This document shows, piece after piece, positions 11,256 to 24,535 of a stretch of DNA of 64,000 bases. The stretch comes from Carcharhinus amblyrhynchos (Eukaryota), in the NCBI GenBank assembly GCA_965287045.1, contig OZ336870.1, positions 106,578,001-106,642,000 of the forward strand, given 5' to 3'. The position numbers were made by a program, and so were the translations under genes. Each line of letters opens with the position of its first letter. Positions within the stretch are counted from its first letter, which is position 1. The notes under the pieces are model-generated. The model saw nothing but the letters and a program-made list of their open reading frames with translations, made no database searches and was not told the DNA's origin.

Positions 11256-13919
11256 AACCCATGTAAACTGGCAAACAAAATAACTTTAAAGGCTAAAGGT
11301 CTGTCTTTGCATTCACAGTAAAGAGCCTTGCCCACCAGAACCACTTATTAGATATTCAGGCATGCATTGCAAATGGGTTTCCAACCATTTAGTTGGGAAG
11401 CAGTGCATACCTGAATCGCTGACCGCAAACATGGAACATTTCCGTTTGACTGAATTGAAGTATATATGTTGAAAATTACAATTAAACCTTTTTAAAATAT
11501 TGTTATGTTGTCAGTTTAGAAAATTCAATAATGAATAACAAATGATAACAATCACAGAATATGTGAGGATAGTGAGGAAAACAAGATCAAAAGCTGAGTC
11601 AATTTGTATTACAAAGAATCCTATGAATGACTGGAGATAAGTAATTTGTGAATTTTCTGATTCATTTTGTAATGTTTGTTTAGATGAGACTTTTAATGAT
11701 TGTGTGGAGATTACAATACATTTTTTCCCCTTTCTTTGAAAATAATGGAAGTTTCTTTGCATAACTAACAAGACATGTTGCAACTTCAGCATCTTCATCA
11801 TACTATTCCATTCAAAATTGTGTTACATTACAGGGAAAAAATAATGTTCATGAGATGTACCAAATAAAGTTAAAAGATCGAATAAATAGCATGTTCAGAA
11901 CATGCAAAGGCATGATTAGGGTCATAATTTTTGCAACAAATAATTTGTTTTTCATCAGAAAGCACTTTGTGATGCAAAATTGTGCAAAATCCCTGTACTA
12001 GAGTGCCAAATTGTGCCACATCACTTACCTGAATTATGAGACATGTTCAGGAAAAATGCAGTCACATCCGAGTTTGCAAAAAAATGTTTTGTTCCAAAAT
12101 CTTTTTCATCTCAGTACTATCTGCTGTATCAGTCTCTAGCATAGCTCTTCTATAACTGTGTCTTTCTTGAATTCCACATTTTTTTTCAGGTTTACCCATG
12201 AATTTTAGTTTAATTGCATTTGTTTTGACAAGGCAGTGAGGAAGAACACCATTTACTATCTGATGGCACGTCTGTGATATAATGGTGTTACATCTGTGCT
12301 GCAAATCAAATCATTTTCAGTAGAAAACTGACAGGTTAAATGCAGTGGTGGAAGATTTAAAAATCATTTACCACAGGCTCTCAATTTATGGTGTCGGATT
12401 TTGTTCATTTCAGACTGAGTTGAGACTGGTCAAGTACAATATTTTATCAGTTACACTGAACTCAGCCTTGAGCTTGTTGAAATACCAGGCAACATCAAAC
12501 TACCAGCCTGATTTGTGTATTGCAGCTCTTTTGCAGCGATAAGTGAGCAGGAAATAAAATTAGAGTAAATACAACAGTCTGATCGGAATCATGTTGCTTC
12601 TCAGCTGACCCGAAGCCGTCATCAGATGGAAGAAAATTTTACTCCAAGTTAATAAGCATCAGTAATGATAAAACAATATTAGGTGTAAATGCACTGGAAC
12701 CTATTATGAGAGAATTCAGATGGTGGCAGTTACCATCTACAGAGACACATTAAGATAAAATAGTAAAACAAGGAAGTAGAGAGTAATGAGAACAAGGGAC
12801 AAAATATGGATTGCCAACCACAATTGATAGTTAGACGTCGGTAATTTATGAAGCATGGAGTTTAATAATTCAACAATGATGCAATTGGTCTAACTGAGGT
12901 TCAGTGCTGACAGTGGTGTTACAGTGAAGCAAGCAGTGCAGTAAAACTAGGCCATTAAATCTACTTTAAGCCTTATTGCCTGAAGTTTATACAGATAGGC
13001 AGTCTTTGAATATAAGACTGAAACATTAACTGTTGGTATTGACATCCGTTTTGTCACTAAAGACAGCTGCTCTTTCCATACAGATTAGAAATGAGCAGCT
13101 GTCATATTTTTTGATTTATAGCAGAATTGTAAAGGTACCCAATTTTGTGTGAATGGATCATGCAGGAAATTATTAATAAATCACTTTTCCTGAATAGCCT
13201 ATAATTACTCACAGAATTAAAGCTGCTTCTGTCTTGCTAGTTGCCAGGGATGTGGAGCTCTTTGGAAATTGCCTACAGTAATGACTTCTCTATTCTGTCT
13301 GGTGACTGATGTGTTCCCAGCAATCTGTACTGCATGTGGTCTGAGAAGCAAATGCTCATCAGAGAAAAGTTGCCAATTAAAATACATGTTAAATATTGTC
13401 TGGAAACTTTGATGCAAATGTTTTACTAATATGGATAAAATATATTGCACCCATTTTGCTGTACTACAGAAGTTGTGAGTTTGATAGTCTTAAGCTGAAA
13501 CAGATGAAACAATGCAGCATCAAAATGGTGCAATAATTGATACTATAGCTAAATAAAAGTTTACAGTGTTCTGAATTTTGCACATAAGATCCAAACTTTG
13601 TATAGATAATATACTCTGATTTAGTAGATTCACAGTATCAATTTTCAGATCATATCTTTTAGTGAGAGCAGTAGGTGGAATTGAGAATTATACTGCAAAA
13701 TGACTGGCCTTGTCTTCTAGTCTATGGATTGAAGCTACGTCGACAGCAATGAAACTGCTCAAACGAGATGACCTGTGTCTGGCTGAAAATAAAGAAGCTG
13801 CGACATAGGAATTCTTTAGTCAATTTTAATTGTTCAATACAAAATTTGCAGTTAGTTTCAGTGACTCTAAGTCCCACTTGAATCTTCAGCAGAAAAACTT
13901 CATCTGCCATCTGTTCAAT

Positions 13920-14160
13920 CTACATCCAAATTATTTAACAAAGGCTTTTGATTCACTGATGCTTATTCAGTGATTAGGTCCTTATTCTGAGACATTGACC
14001 CTGTGTTTAAGATTCCACAGCCAGGGGAAACATTTTCTCAGCATTTACGCTGTCAAGTTCCTTACTATGTATTTTACACCATCTCTTATTTATCTGAACT
14101 CCAGGGAATATAGACATTATCTACTCTACCTCTTTTCTTAGAACAATCACCTCATTCCCA
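13920..14160 (-). mobile_element. CR1-type LINE fragment
   Basis: CCTTATTCTGAGAC..GACCCTG..TTTAAGATTCC.CAGCCAGGGGAAACAT..TC.CAGCAT is the reverse-strand CR1 3' region; it is homologous to 63090-63200. Confidence 0.5.
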
Positions 14161-14169
14161 AGAAACATT

Positions 14170-17100
14170 CCAATCACATAACAGCATGACATAGCCGTAT
14201 TCATCGAATCTTACCTTACACACCATGCCTGGGTAAGTCCTGCCTCACCAGCAAGACGGATCCACCAGACTTAACGCACAGAGGTATAGAGTCAGGAGAT
14301 AGTCGCCTTGGGTGACTGCAACTTTGACTCCACATCCCACAAAATTTTATGGGAAACAAACTGGCTGTTGCTTCCTGTTGATCATGATGCCTCAACCGAT
14401 GAATCTATACTCCTTCACGTTGAGCACCACTCAGAAGAAGCACTCAGGGTAGCAAAGGCAGAGAATGTATTCTAGTCAGGAGATTTCAATGTCTATCAAC
14501 AAGAGCAGATCGATGGCAACACTACTGACTGAGCCAGCCGAGGCCCAAAGAGCATTTCTGCCAGACTAGGCATATGGCAGGCAGTGAGGGAACCGACAGG
14601 AGGGAAAACTGAAATGACCTTGTCTTCACCGATTCACTCGTCGCACATATATCTGTCTATGACAGTACTGGTAGGAATGCCCACTGTACCATCTTTGTGA
14701 AAATAAACTCTCATCTTCACACTCAGATTCGTTCATTGTATTGTGCAGCATTTTTCTTTTATGGTACATGAATATCACTGGCTAAGCCAGCATTAATTGC
14801 CCATCCTTAAGTGCCCTTGTGAAAGTGGGCGTAGTGATAAATGCTGTCTCTTGAACTGCTGCAGTCCATCAGTTGCAGGTACACACACAGTGCTATTAAT
14901 AAGGGAGTTCCAAGTTTTTGACCCAGTGACAGTGAAGGAATGCCAATTTTGTTCCAAGCCGGAATGATGTGTGACTTGCAGGGGAACTTGCAATTGGTAG
15001 TGTTCCTATATATTTGCTGCCCTTGTCCTAGATGTCCAAGTTCCTTCGAGAACACCTTCCAAACCAAAAACTTCTACCAGTTAAAAGAGGCAGCAGACAC
15101 ATGGAAATGTCCTAGGTTCTATGTTTTCAAGGCATTGTCGGAGAAGCCTTGGTAAGTTGCTGCAGTGTATCTTATAGGTGGCACACACTGCTGCAACTGT
15201 TTATCAGTAGTGGAGTGTGTGATTGTTTAAGGTGGTAGATAGCAGCCGATCAAGCAGTTGCTTTGCCCTGGAAGGTGTCAGGTTTCTTGAGTGTTTTTGG
15301 AGCTGCACTCATTCAGACAAGTGGAGGGTGTCCCATCACATTTCCAACTTGTGCCTTGTAGGTGGTGGATAGGCTTTAGGAAGCCAGGAGGTGAGTATGT
15401 GACCACAAAATTTTCAACCACTGACCTGCTTTTGTAGGCACAGTATTTATATGGCTAGTCCAATTACATTTCTGGTCAATGGTGACACACAGAATGTAGA
15501 TGGTGAGGGATTCAGCAATGGTGATGCCTTGAATGTCAAAGAGAGATGGTAAGATTCTTTCTTATTGGAGGTATCATTGCCTGGCTTGAATGTTACTTGC
15601 CACTTGTCTGCCCAAACTTGGAATTGTCGGGGTTTTGCTGGATATGGGTTGGTATTGCTTCAGCATTTGAGAAATCATGAAGGGGACTGAAAACTGTATA
15701 ATCATCAATGATAATCATCAACACACCCACCTCTGACCTTACGTTGGAGGAAAGGTCATTAATAAAGCAGGTTGGGCCTCAGACACTACCCTGAGGAACT
15801 CCTGCAACAATATTCTGGGGCTGAGATGATTGGTCTTCTTGATACCATATTCTGTCAAATGTTGTCATGGTCACTCACACCTCATCTCTTCAAAACTTTT
15901 GTTGATGTTTGGACCTATCCTGTAATGAGGTCAGGAGATGAGTGGTCTTGGTAGAACCCAAACTGAACATTAATGAGCAGATTATTGCTGTGAAGCTGCT
16001 GCTGGGTTCCATTGTTGACAACACCTTCAATCATTTATCACTGTGCTAAATGGGATAGATTCAAAACAGATTTGGCAGTTCAAGTCTGGGCATGAGTGAG
16101 ACACTGTGAGTGAACAACCGCATCAGAATAGGATTCAATACAATTTATAACCTCATGGCCTGACAAATACCCCACTCCACCATTGCCATCAGGCCAGGGA
16201 ACCAACCCTTGTTCAATAAGAGTACGGGAGGGCATCCCGGGAGCAACACCAGACGTACTTAAAAATGAGATGTGATCACTGGGCTGTCCACGTACCAAAC
16301 AGCAGAAACAGCATGTTGTCACCACGCTAAACAATTCCACAATTCAACTGTCTGACTCCATCCAGGCATGAATGGTGGTGGACAATCAAACAACTAACTA
16401 GAGAAGGAGGCTCCACAAACATTTCCATCCTTAGTGACAGTACAGGCTAGCACATCAGTGTAAAAGGCAAGGCTGAAGAATTTGCAACTAAAAGTCCCAA
16501 GTGCATGATTTATCTCAGCCTCTTCCCTAGGGCTCCAGCATTACAGTTGCCAACCTTCAGCCATTTCAATTCATTCCATATGATATCAATAAATGGCTGA
16601 AAGCACTGGACATAGCAAAGACTCTGACAACATTCTGGCCGTAGAGCTGAAGACTTGTGTTCCAGAACTAGCTCACCTCTAACCAAGCTGTACTAATATG
16701 GCTACAAACCTGGCATATGCTTGACAACATAGTAATTTTTCCAAGTATGTCCTGTCTACAAAAAGCAGGACGTATCTAATCTGACCACTGCTACCCCTAC
16801 CCCTAGTCCTCCCAACCATTAGTCTCCTCTCAGTCATCAGCAAAATGATGGAGGTATTGGTACAACTTGCCTAGCAATAACTCGCTCTCTGAATCCCAGA
16901 GATTGGACAGTGTACTGGGGAAACCATCTTCAGCTTCTTCATAAATACCTTTCTTTCCTTGAAGTTTAATAACTTTATTATCATTATATCTTCAAACATC
17001 AACATTCTAGGGGTAAGCATTGACCAAAAACTTAACCAGCCATATAAATACTGTGCTACAAGAGCAGGTCAGAGGCTGGAGATTCTGCAGTGCTAACATT

Positions 17101-17632
17101 TCCTGACTCCCAAAACCTATCCATCATCTACTAGGCCCAAGTCAGGAGTATGATAGAATACTCTCCATTGGCTTGTATGGATGCAGCTCCAACAATACTC
17201 AAGAAGGCCAACACTATCAAGCACAAAGCATCCCATTTGATTGCCACCTCATCTATTATCTTAAATATTCACTTATTCCACACAGCACACCGTGTGTACC
17301 ATTTATAAGATGTATTGCAGCAACTTCCCAAGGTTCCTTCGAGAACGCCTTCCAAACCAACAACTTCTACCGCTTAGAAGAGGCAGCAGACACATGAAAA
17401 TGCCACTAATACCAAAATTTACTTGAAGGAACATTCTGTTTTGCCTTGGTACTATATCCCTGCTCTTTCACTGTCACAGGATCAGGAAGTCTGTCCCTTA
17501 CAGCACTGCAGATGTGCCACAGTGGTCTACAACAGTTCAAGAAGGTGACTCACCACCGTCATCTCGAGGACAGTTATGATTGGACAGAAAATGTTGACTT
17601 TGTCAGCAACATCCCCATCCTATGAATGAATA
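14170..17632 (+). mobile_element. Degenerate non-LTR retrotransposon (APE+RT; clade uncertain, RTE-X-like), interrupted at ~14752-16034
   Basis: APE-like remnants (HVEHHSEEALRVAKAENVF..GDFNV..; AVREPTGGK..DLVFT), WWWTIKQLT, PISLLSVISKMME, and a 3' tail ending CCCATCCTATGAATGAATAA. The sequence reads continuously across the insertion (TTGTGCAGCATT|ATCACTGTGCTAAATGGGATAGATTC). Confidence 0.75.
14752..16034 (-). mobile_element. Same LINE family, 3' portion inserted in inverted orientation into the copy above
   Basis: Reverse-complement homology to 16950-17630 and 23435-24500 (e.g. CTCTTGAACTGCTGCAGTCCAT, GGAGCTGCACTCATTCAGACAAGTGGAG, GGAAAGGTCATTAATAAAGCAG). Confidence 0.75.
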
Positions 17633-20334
17633 AGGATTCTTTTTTCAGGCTTTGTATGTGGGACTGTCATCTATTGGCAAAAATCTAAGTTAGGAACCAA
17701 CATATTTCAGGGAGGTACCACTTCAAGTATTAAACATAAGCAATTGACTTTGTGTACACATTTATGTCGTGTCAAAGCTACATGATTCATTTTGCTTAAA
17801 GTTGGAGGTGGTAAATGAGGAGCAGTGGACAGATACTGAGGCATTCAAGCAGAGGTATTCTTTAGCTCATTCTCTGTGGCATCAGCAGATAATAGTTCTG
17901 TTCTCATAGCAACCATCTACCTAGTGCTGTTTCTTCAAACATTGCAGCCCACAGATTGCTGCACAATTAAAGCATCATTGCTGTTGGTACAATGACGACG
18001 GCTGTTATATATAATAACACTTTGTTGTTAGATATTACCTGAGCATTAACCAAGGGGAAACCCTTTCTTTTCATGTAGGCCAGAGCATTGAGATGGGTGT
18101 CTACACACTAGGGAACTGATGCCAAAGTCTTAAAACTGGGCCTCATTTGGCAACTTGTCAAACAGCAGAACGGTTTTGAGATATTGTAAGCTGATTAAGT
18201 ACTTACATAGTGGTAAATATGTGCCCATCCTGCAGTCCATTGTGCTTTCAACTATAATTGGAACTTCAGTGTGTCTATTTGCCCGAATGGAGGATGGGCA
18301 CACAGTTCTTGAGCAGGGAAAGAGCTGTATTGTTTTCTGTGGCCTTATCTCAGATACGATTTGACAAATTAAGAGGAAACACTTTGTTGTATGCATAGTT
18401 TGCCCAACTACTAACCTTACCTTGATGGAGTTCTTGGGGCTATTAAACCTTTTTCCTTACCCCATGTCCTTTGGGTGTTCACACAGCTTTAGCTGTGACT
18501 CAAACAAGTGACTTCAAAGAAATAAGCAACTAAGTGTAAACATGCGATGCCTTGGCATAGCCACAATATATTATCAGTTAGTAAGTCAACAACACTGTAA
18601 CTTGGGGTACTGCCTATAAGTCACGCATTGGAATGTATGATATCATTTAGTGGCGATGACTAACCGGACCTTTCCCCTCTCCTTGAATTCTCACAGGCCT
18701 CTTTTGTTTTGCTGCACTGTACTTTACTATATTGTGTTGTGCTATATATTAAACCATACTATGTATAGTATCATGGTGTTACATCATTATACGGCCTTGT
18801 GGACCATTAACAGTACTGGTCTGTTTCAGATCTTTTACATGGCCATTACAGAATGGTGATCGAATTATGAACAATTGTTAATTATCTAAGAAAATTATTT
18901 AAATTGGATTAGGACACAATGGATCTTCCAAGAATTTTATTGTAATGGAAAGAAATTGGAGTTTACTGTCTAAAGCAATAGACCTGATTTAACTTCAGCA
19001 CGAAAACCATTTCAATTTTCTGTTTGGGTCTGTCACTAATGCATATATTTAGTAAATCTAAATAATACTGACCGTTATTAAAAGCGCAAGTGGCACACTG
19101 TTGTGCTATTTATACGATTTGGCAATATTTCCAAACTTATATGGAATTGCACTAAAATATTTTTAAAAAATGGATTCAAATGATGTCATAACAGTACACG
19201 ACTGACATAAAAATCCAGCAATACAATTAAATTATTGATTGCAAATATAATTTTATGCAATAATTTAGCAGTCTTTTATTTTAGTACTGAATGTAAGTTG
19301 ACCTTAACAGACATGCTCTTAAAATAAGCCTCTGTTTTTAATTGTAAATTATTTCTCATCTGATTTAACCTGCTTTGTGTTTGAGATACACAGGAGCTTC
19401 AACCCCACACTAGGAGATCTGCTGATTAATCTAGTGCATGTCATACAGTTAATAAATATGTTCCAGATCTATAAATCCAACTATGAATGATAAATTATTT
19501 ATAGTCGATATCATGAAGTTTTGTTTCATTGTGTCTTCCATCTATGGTATGACAAAACTTTTTTTTAAACAGGAACATTAAATGATTAATAATGACAGTT
19601 AAGATTAATAGACAAACCAGTTAAATAGAAAACTTAATTAAAACAACAAGAAAGGCAGCAGTTGCAAATACAATTTAATCTTTAATAATCATGGCTGGTT
19701 AATATTTTATCATGTTATACACTGATTTTGTAGGACAGAGTACTCACATCATAAGGAATTAAATGGTTGATTCATTTATTTGGTACAGGAAAGCTTGCTA
19801 TACTGATGTGCTGGAAATGAGTAGTGGATTTAGAAATGTTTTGTTGCTACTCTACTTGTAATGGGTGTGTCGGCTTGATTTGTTTTTCCTATGTGACTAT
19901 TCTTCCTGTTTGTCCCAGACTGTACGTAAAATGGGGGAGATTAAAAATATGTTGAGTCTCATGTGGATACTGAGCAGCAAATTATAATTTAAGGACATTA
20001 TTATGTTCTGTCACTGAGCCAACTGTCGATTGTCTGCACTATTGCAGTAAAGTTTAGGATAATTGTAATAATGAGTGCTTTCATTAATATTAAAGGGGCA
20101 CCATCTTCCTGAGACTAGCACATAACATTGAGATGAAGTTAAACATAGTTCTTCTCACGCTCTGAGCCATAAGAAATGATTAGTAACTGCTTTTCATTTA
20201 AATTCAGAATATTAATATACCAACATTTTCTTATTATTTCTGAATCCAAATTTTCTAAGATTTTCCCTCTTTCAATGGTAATCCATCCAATCTTCCCAAC
20301 TGAGAACGCAGCTAAATAGGCATAAGTCGCACAA

Positions 20335-20560
20335 TTTTTCCGGGTGCTCCATTTTTCTCCCACAGCCGAAAGATGTGCGGATTAAGTTGTTTGGCCATGT
20401 TAAATTCGCCCCTAGTTTGTAGGTTAGGTGGATAAGCTATGGTGGATGTGTTGCGTTGTGGGAATAAAGCAGAGGGGATGGGCCAAGGTGGGATGCTCTT
20501 CAGAGGGTCAGTGCAAACTCACTGAGCCGAATGGCCTGCTTCTGCACTATAGTGATTTTA
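20335..20560 (+). mobile_element. HE1-type SINE, 5' truncated, with CR1-derived tail
   Basis: CGGGTGCTCCATTTTTCTCCCACAGCCGAAAGATGTGCGG...GTGCAAACTCACTGAGCCGAATGGCCTGCTTCTGCACT. Confidence 0.8.
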
Positions 20561-20949
20561 TGACTCTGTAATTGGAAGGCTCTGCTGCTATCATAGATCA
20601 GGCTTATTATAATGCAATGTGGCTGAGAGAAATGAAGCTTATTTTCAATCCTCAGTGATGCTGGGCACTCAGGTGCTTGTGTAGCTGTGATGTCCTGTGT
20701 TGCTGAGGATGAAGTGATGGGCACAATATTGGTCCAATGTCCACTCTTGATCAATTGCATTGCATAAATCCGGAGAAGAAGAAATCCATGGGTCTCTAGC
20801 ATCCTGCCATGCCAGGACAGGTGCATATGTTGCACCAAAACAGTGTGACTACCCCCCTTAAATTTGCAAATTAGTCTATCCCTTGGATTTCAGAGATGCA
20901 GTCAGCAGATGGGCAGAAGTTCTAATCGACCTAAAATCCACTCCCCCTC

Positions 20950-21600
20950 AAGGCTTCTCCAAGAATTTCACAGTCTTACTTCCACACCCATGGGCCCATA
21001 TGTTTAACATGATATTTGTGTGGAGCTGTGTTATCTGCACTGTCTGACGTACAAACAAGTTGAACAACAGAGATGACAGTCCCATAATATTAGACATGGA
21101 TCCTTCCAACATATCACAGAGAACATCTGACTGATTAGCCAGAGTACAATCCACAGTCGCCTATTCAACATCAGGGATGACATGTGCATCACTTTTCCTG
21201 TGGAAGGACAAGCACACATGTTTCAGCATGTTACATAGAACATTGAACAGTACAGCACAGTATACAGGCTCTTTGGCCCTCAATGTTGTGCCAAGCTTTA
21301 TCCGAATCTAGGATCAAGCTATCCCACTCCCTATCATTCTGGTGTGCTTCATGTGCCTATCCAATAACCACTTGAAACTTCCGAAAGTACCCGACTCCAT
21401 TATCACAGCAGGCAGTCCATTCCACACCCCAACTTCTCTGAGTAAAGAAAAGTTATGTAATTCTTGACGACATAACATGGGAAATGTGATCCTTTGGGCA
21501 TCAGTTTCCCTCAGATTTACTCCATGGCTTGCATGAATAGAGAGGATCTCCAATCAGTTAGAGCGTGCATCATGTCTGACCATAAAAACATCACAGTGCA
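20950..21600 (+). pseudogene. Fossil PIF/Harbinger transposase (HARBI1-like DDE nuclease), split by a CR1 fragment
   Basis: From 21098: GSFQHITENI*LISQSTIHSRL...MCITFPVEG, and after the CR1 insert MNREDLQSVRACIMSDHKNI. These parallel HARBI1 GSFQ..GISQAS..FIRFP and YVNRKGLHSLNCLMVCD. Confidence 0.6.
21234..21450 (-). mobile_element. CR1-type LINE 3' end
   Basis: CATAGAACATTGAACAGTACAGCACAG..CAGGCTCTTTGGCCC; reverse translation VGVWNGLPAVIMESGTFGSFKWLLDRHM is the typical CR1 ORF2 C-terminus. Confidence 0.8.
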
Positions 21601-21611
21601 AGTCAACATAA

Positions 21612-21872
21612 GAGCAAAATACTGCTGGAAATTTAAAGATAATCAGAAAGTGCTGAAAATATTCAGCAATTCGGAACAGCATTTGTGGAGAGAGAAACAG
21701 AGAAAAAGGGTGGGATTCTCTGGCCACACGGTCCAAGACTGGAAATCCCTGCCCAAGCTCAAAGGACCTTTGAATGGTCCACCAAATTTTCTGCCTTGCC
21801 TGCTATGATTCCCGCAGTGGGTGAGACAGGAGAGCTTTAGCCAAAATTTCAGGTTGATGACTGTTCATTGAA
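21612..21872 (-). mobile_element. Penelope-like terminal repeat (second family) interrupted by a MITE at ~21708-21842
   Basis: GCAAAATACTGCTGGAAAT...CAGCATTTGTGGAGAGAGAAACAGAG [MITE GGGTGGGATTCTC...] TTTCAGGTTGATGACTGTTCATTG. The last part is a decayed reverse-strand CTGATGA..GAAA motif. Confidence 0.55.
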
Positions 21873-21972
21873 ATTGGGAGATATTGGAAACATATTACAT
21901 TTATAACTTCTCCCACTTACAATTCAACTCTATGCCTGTTATTCAAGAAAAACCCATGCAGCTAACAAAATT

Positions 21973-22243
21973 TAAGTTTATTTGTTAGTCACAAGTAAGG
22001 CTTACATTAATATTGCACTGAAGTTACTGTGAAATTCCCCTAGATGCCACACTCCAGTATCTGTTCCAGTCAATGCACCTAACCAGCACGTCTTTGGACT
22101 GAGAGAGGAAACCAGAGAGCCCAGAGGGAACCCACACAGACACAGGGAGAACATGCAAACTCCACAAAGACAGTGACCCAAGACGGGAATTGAACCTGGG
22201 ACCTTAGCACTGAGAGGCAGCAGTGCTAACCACTGTGCCAGCA
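21973..22243 (-). mobile_element. HE1/V-SINE-type SINE
   Basis: Full head-core-tail: AAGTTTATTTGTTAGTCACAAGTAAGGCTTAC...GAGGCAGCAGTGCTAACCACTGTGCCA. Confidence 0.9.
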
Positions 22244-23434
22244 TGTTCAAATATTAGACATAGACAAAGTATGCAGTCAGGTACTTCTTCATCCAGTCTT
22301 CGTACTACTCTGTGACAGTGCCATCCAGCACAGAATGCGTATAGACTCTATAAGAGTACAGGGTTAGCACATATCATTTTATATCTGCACCAGTACTCAA
22401 TTGGTTTTGAAAACATTGGGATTCAATTTCAGATTGATGCTGGTGCTGAATTCTGGTATTGTCAATCAGCTGCCGATTAGTTACAGAATCTGACAATGTT
22501 CCATTTCAATTCATTTCAATGGAAATGAGAACTGGGTTTTTATAACAATCTGGATAACTGTTTTATGCCTGGGCAGCCACTGTAAACTGCCCCATTCTGA
22601 CTGACACTTAGCAAAATTTCAGGAAAAAGAGGAGGCCTGTTTGTGCAGCTTGCATTGCAACTGACTGAGGATGCTACAATGAGTCATCATGATTTTTTTT
22701 GCAAATTGTTCTTTATCCCAATATTAACAATATGTGGAAAGGTCGTTCAGCATGTATTGGCACTCCTGATCCCATTACACTCGAACTTCTCTGTGATCTG
22801 TTTCAATAGACCTGTGAACCTCTACTTGTTTTCTCCACTGCTCTCATTCATGTATCTTACTCCCCTGCTTTCATTGTAACATGGCCCTCAGCTTCCAAGA
22901 GCAGCATCCTCTTTTGCTGTACTCCCTGCATTCGCATCTCCAAATCTTCTTCCTCATAAAAGGGAAGTTCTCCTCAAGCTGTAACTTGGCTCCTCTTTAG
23001 CTTGATCAGAAGCTTATTTGCAAACACAGGGGAAAAAAGATTGCTCAAGTTATCACCAACCAATCCCCCTCCCCCATCAACTCACCCCCACTTCCCCCCT
23101 CAACCCCACCTCTCTTAATCCAAAGTGGAAACCCGAGAATGGTGGAAATTTGTCCAGATATATTGGGCGTGATCGTACCAGCCATTTGTTCTCCACACCT
23201 GCTGCAGCGAGAATTGGAGATAGGAAAACCTGCCAACATGAACGGCTGTAACACTCTGGTCATTGTATCCATGAAATGCAGGACAAATCCAATCCAGCCA
23301 ACTACCACCCATCAGCAAAGTGATTTAAGAGGTTCTCAACAGTTCTGTCAAGTGACACTCCTCAGTAACCTGCACATTGATGCCCATTTTGGGTTGCACT
23401 TGCATCCAGACCTTACAGCCTTAAGTCAAACATG

Positions 23435-24535
23435 AACAAAAGGGTTGAATTCCAGAAGTGAGGTGAGAATTCTTCAGGTAGTGTCCTAGGTCCAACCATC
23501 TTCAGCTGCTTTATAAATGACCTTCCTTCCATCATAAGGTCAAAAGCGGGGGTGTTTCCTGATGATTGCACAATGTTTAGTATCATGCGTGACTCCTCAC
23601 ATACTGAAGCACTCTATGTCCATATGCAGCAAGACCTGGATAATATATTCATGTTTCAACCGATAAGTGGCAAGTAACATTCATGCAATGCAAGGCCCAT
23701 GTGATAAATATCTCCATTAAAAGACAGAATCTAATCTCTTTCCCATGACTTTCAAAAGCATTACCGTTGTTTAGTTTCCCAGCATCAAAATGCTGGTATT
23801 CACTATTAAACAGAGACTAAACTGGACTAATCGTATAAATAATAATAAAAACAGAGAACACTGGAAAATCCCAGCATGTCTGGCAGCATCTGGAGAGAGA
23901 AACAAAGTTAACATTTTGAGTGCTATGAGTAAACCATATAAATACTGTGGTTAAAAAGCCAGATCAGGAATAGGCCATTCTGTGGTAATGACTCATTCTG
24001 ACTCACTTTCTATTACACACAAGACACAAGTTAGTATTGTGATGGGAAAGTCTTTGTCTATCTGGATGATTGCAGCTCCAACAATTAAACTGGACATCAC
24101 CAGGACAAAGTAACTGGTTTCATTAGCAGCCAATTCATCACCTTAAACATTCACTTTTTTCACTGCTAGCGCACAATGGCAGTGGTGTGTATCATCTTCA
24201 ACATGCTGTGCAACAACCCATCTAGGCTCTGAGATAGCAGCTTCAAAACCCATGAGTTCGACCACCTAGAATGACAAAAGTTAGTAGGTGCATGGGGACA
24301 CCACCACCTGCAAGTTCCCTTCCAGGTCACAGGCCACCTTGGAACTATATTGCCATTCTTCCATCATTGCTGGGTCAAAATTCTTTATCCTGCACGCTCA
24401 CAACACTGTATAAGTGCCTTCATCACATCAGTTCAAAAGGAGGCTCACCACCAATCTCTCAAGGACAATTAGAGATGGACAATAAATTCTGGCTTTGACA
24501 CCAGTACTTACTGCTTATGTATCAACAAAAAAAAT
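23435..24535 (+). mobile_element. 3' part of the RTE-X-like LINE, with a Penelope-end insert at ~23848-23920
   Basis: SVLGPTIFSCFINDLPS..GVFPDDCT (RT YADD region); the tail GGACAATTAGAGATGGACAATAAAT is shared with ~17570 and ~51662. Confidence 0.75.
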
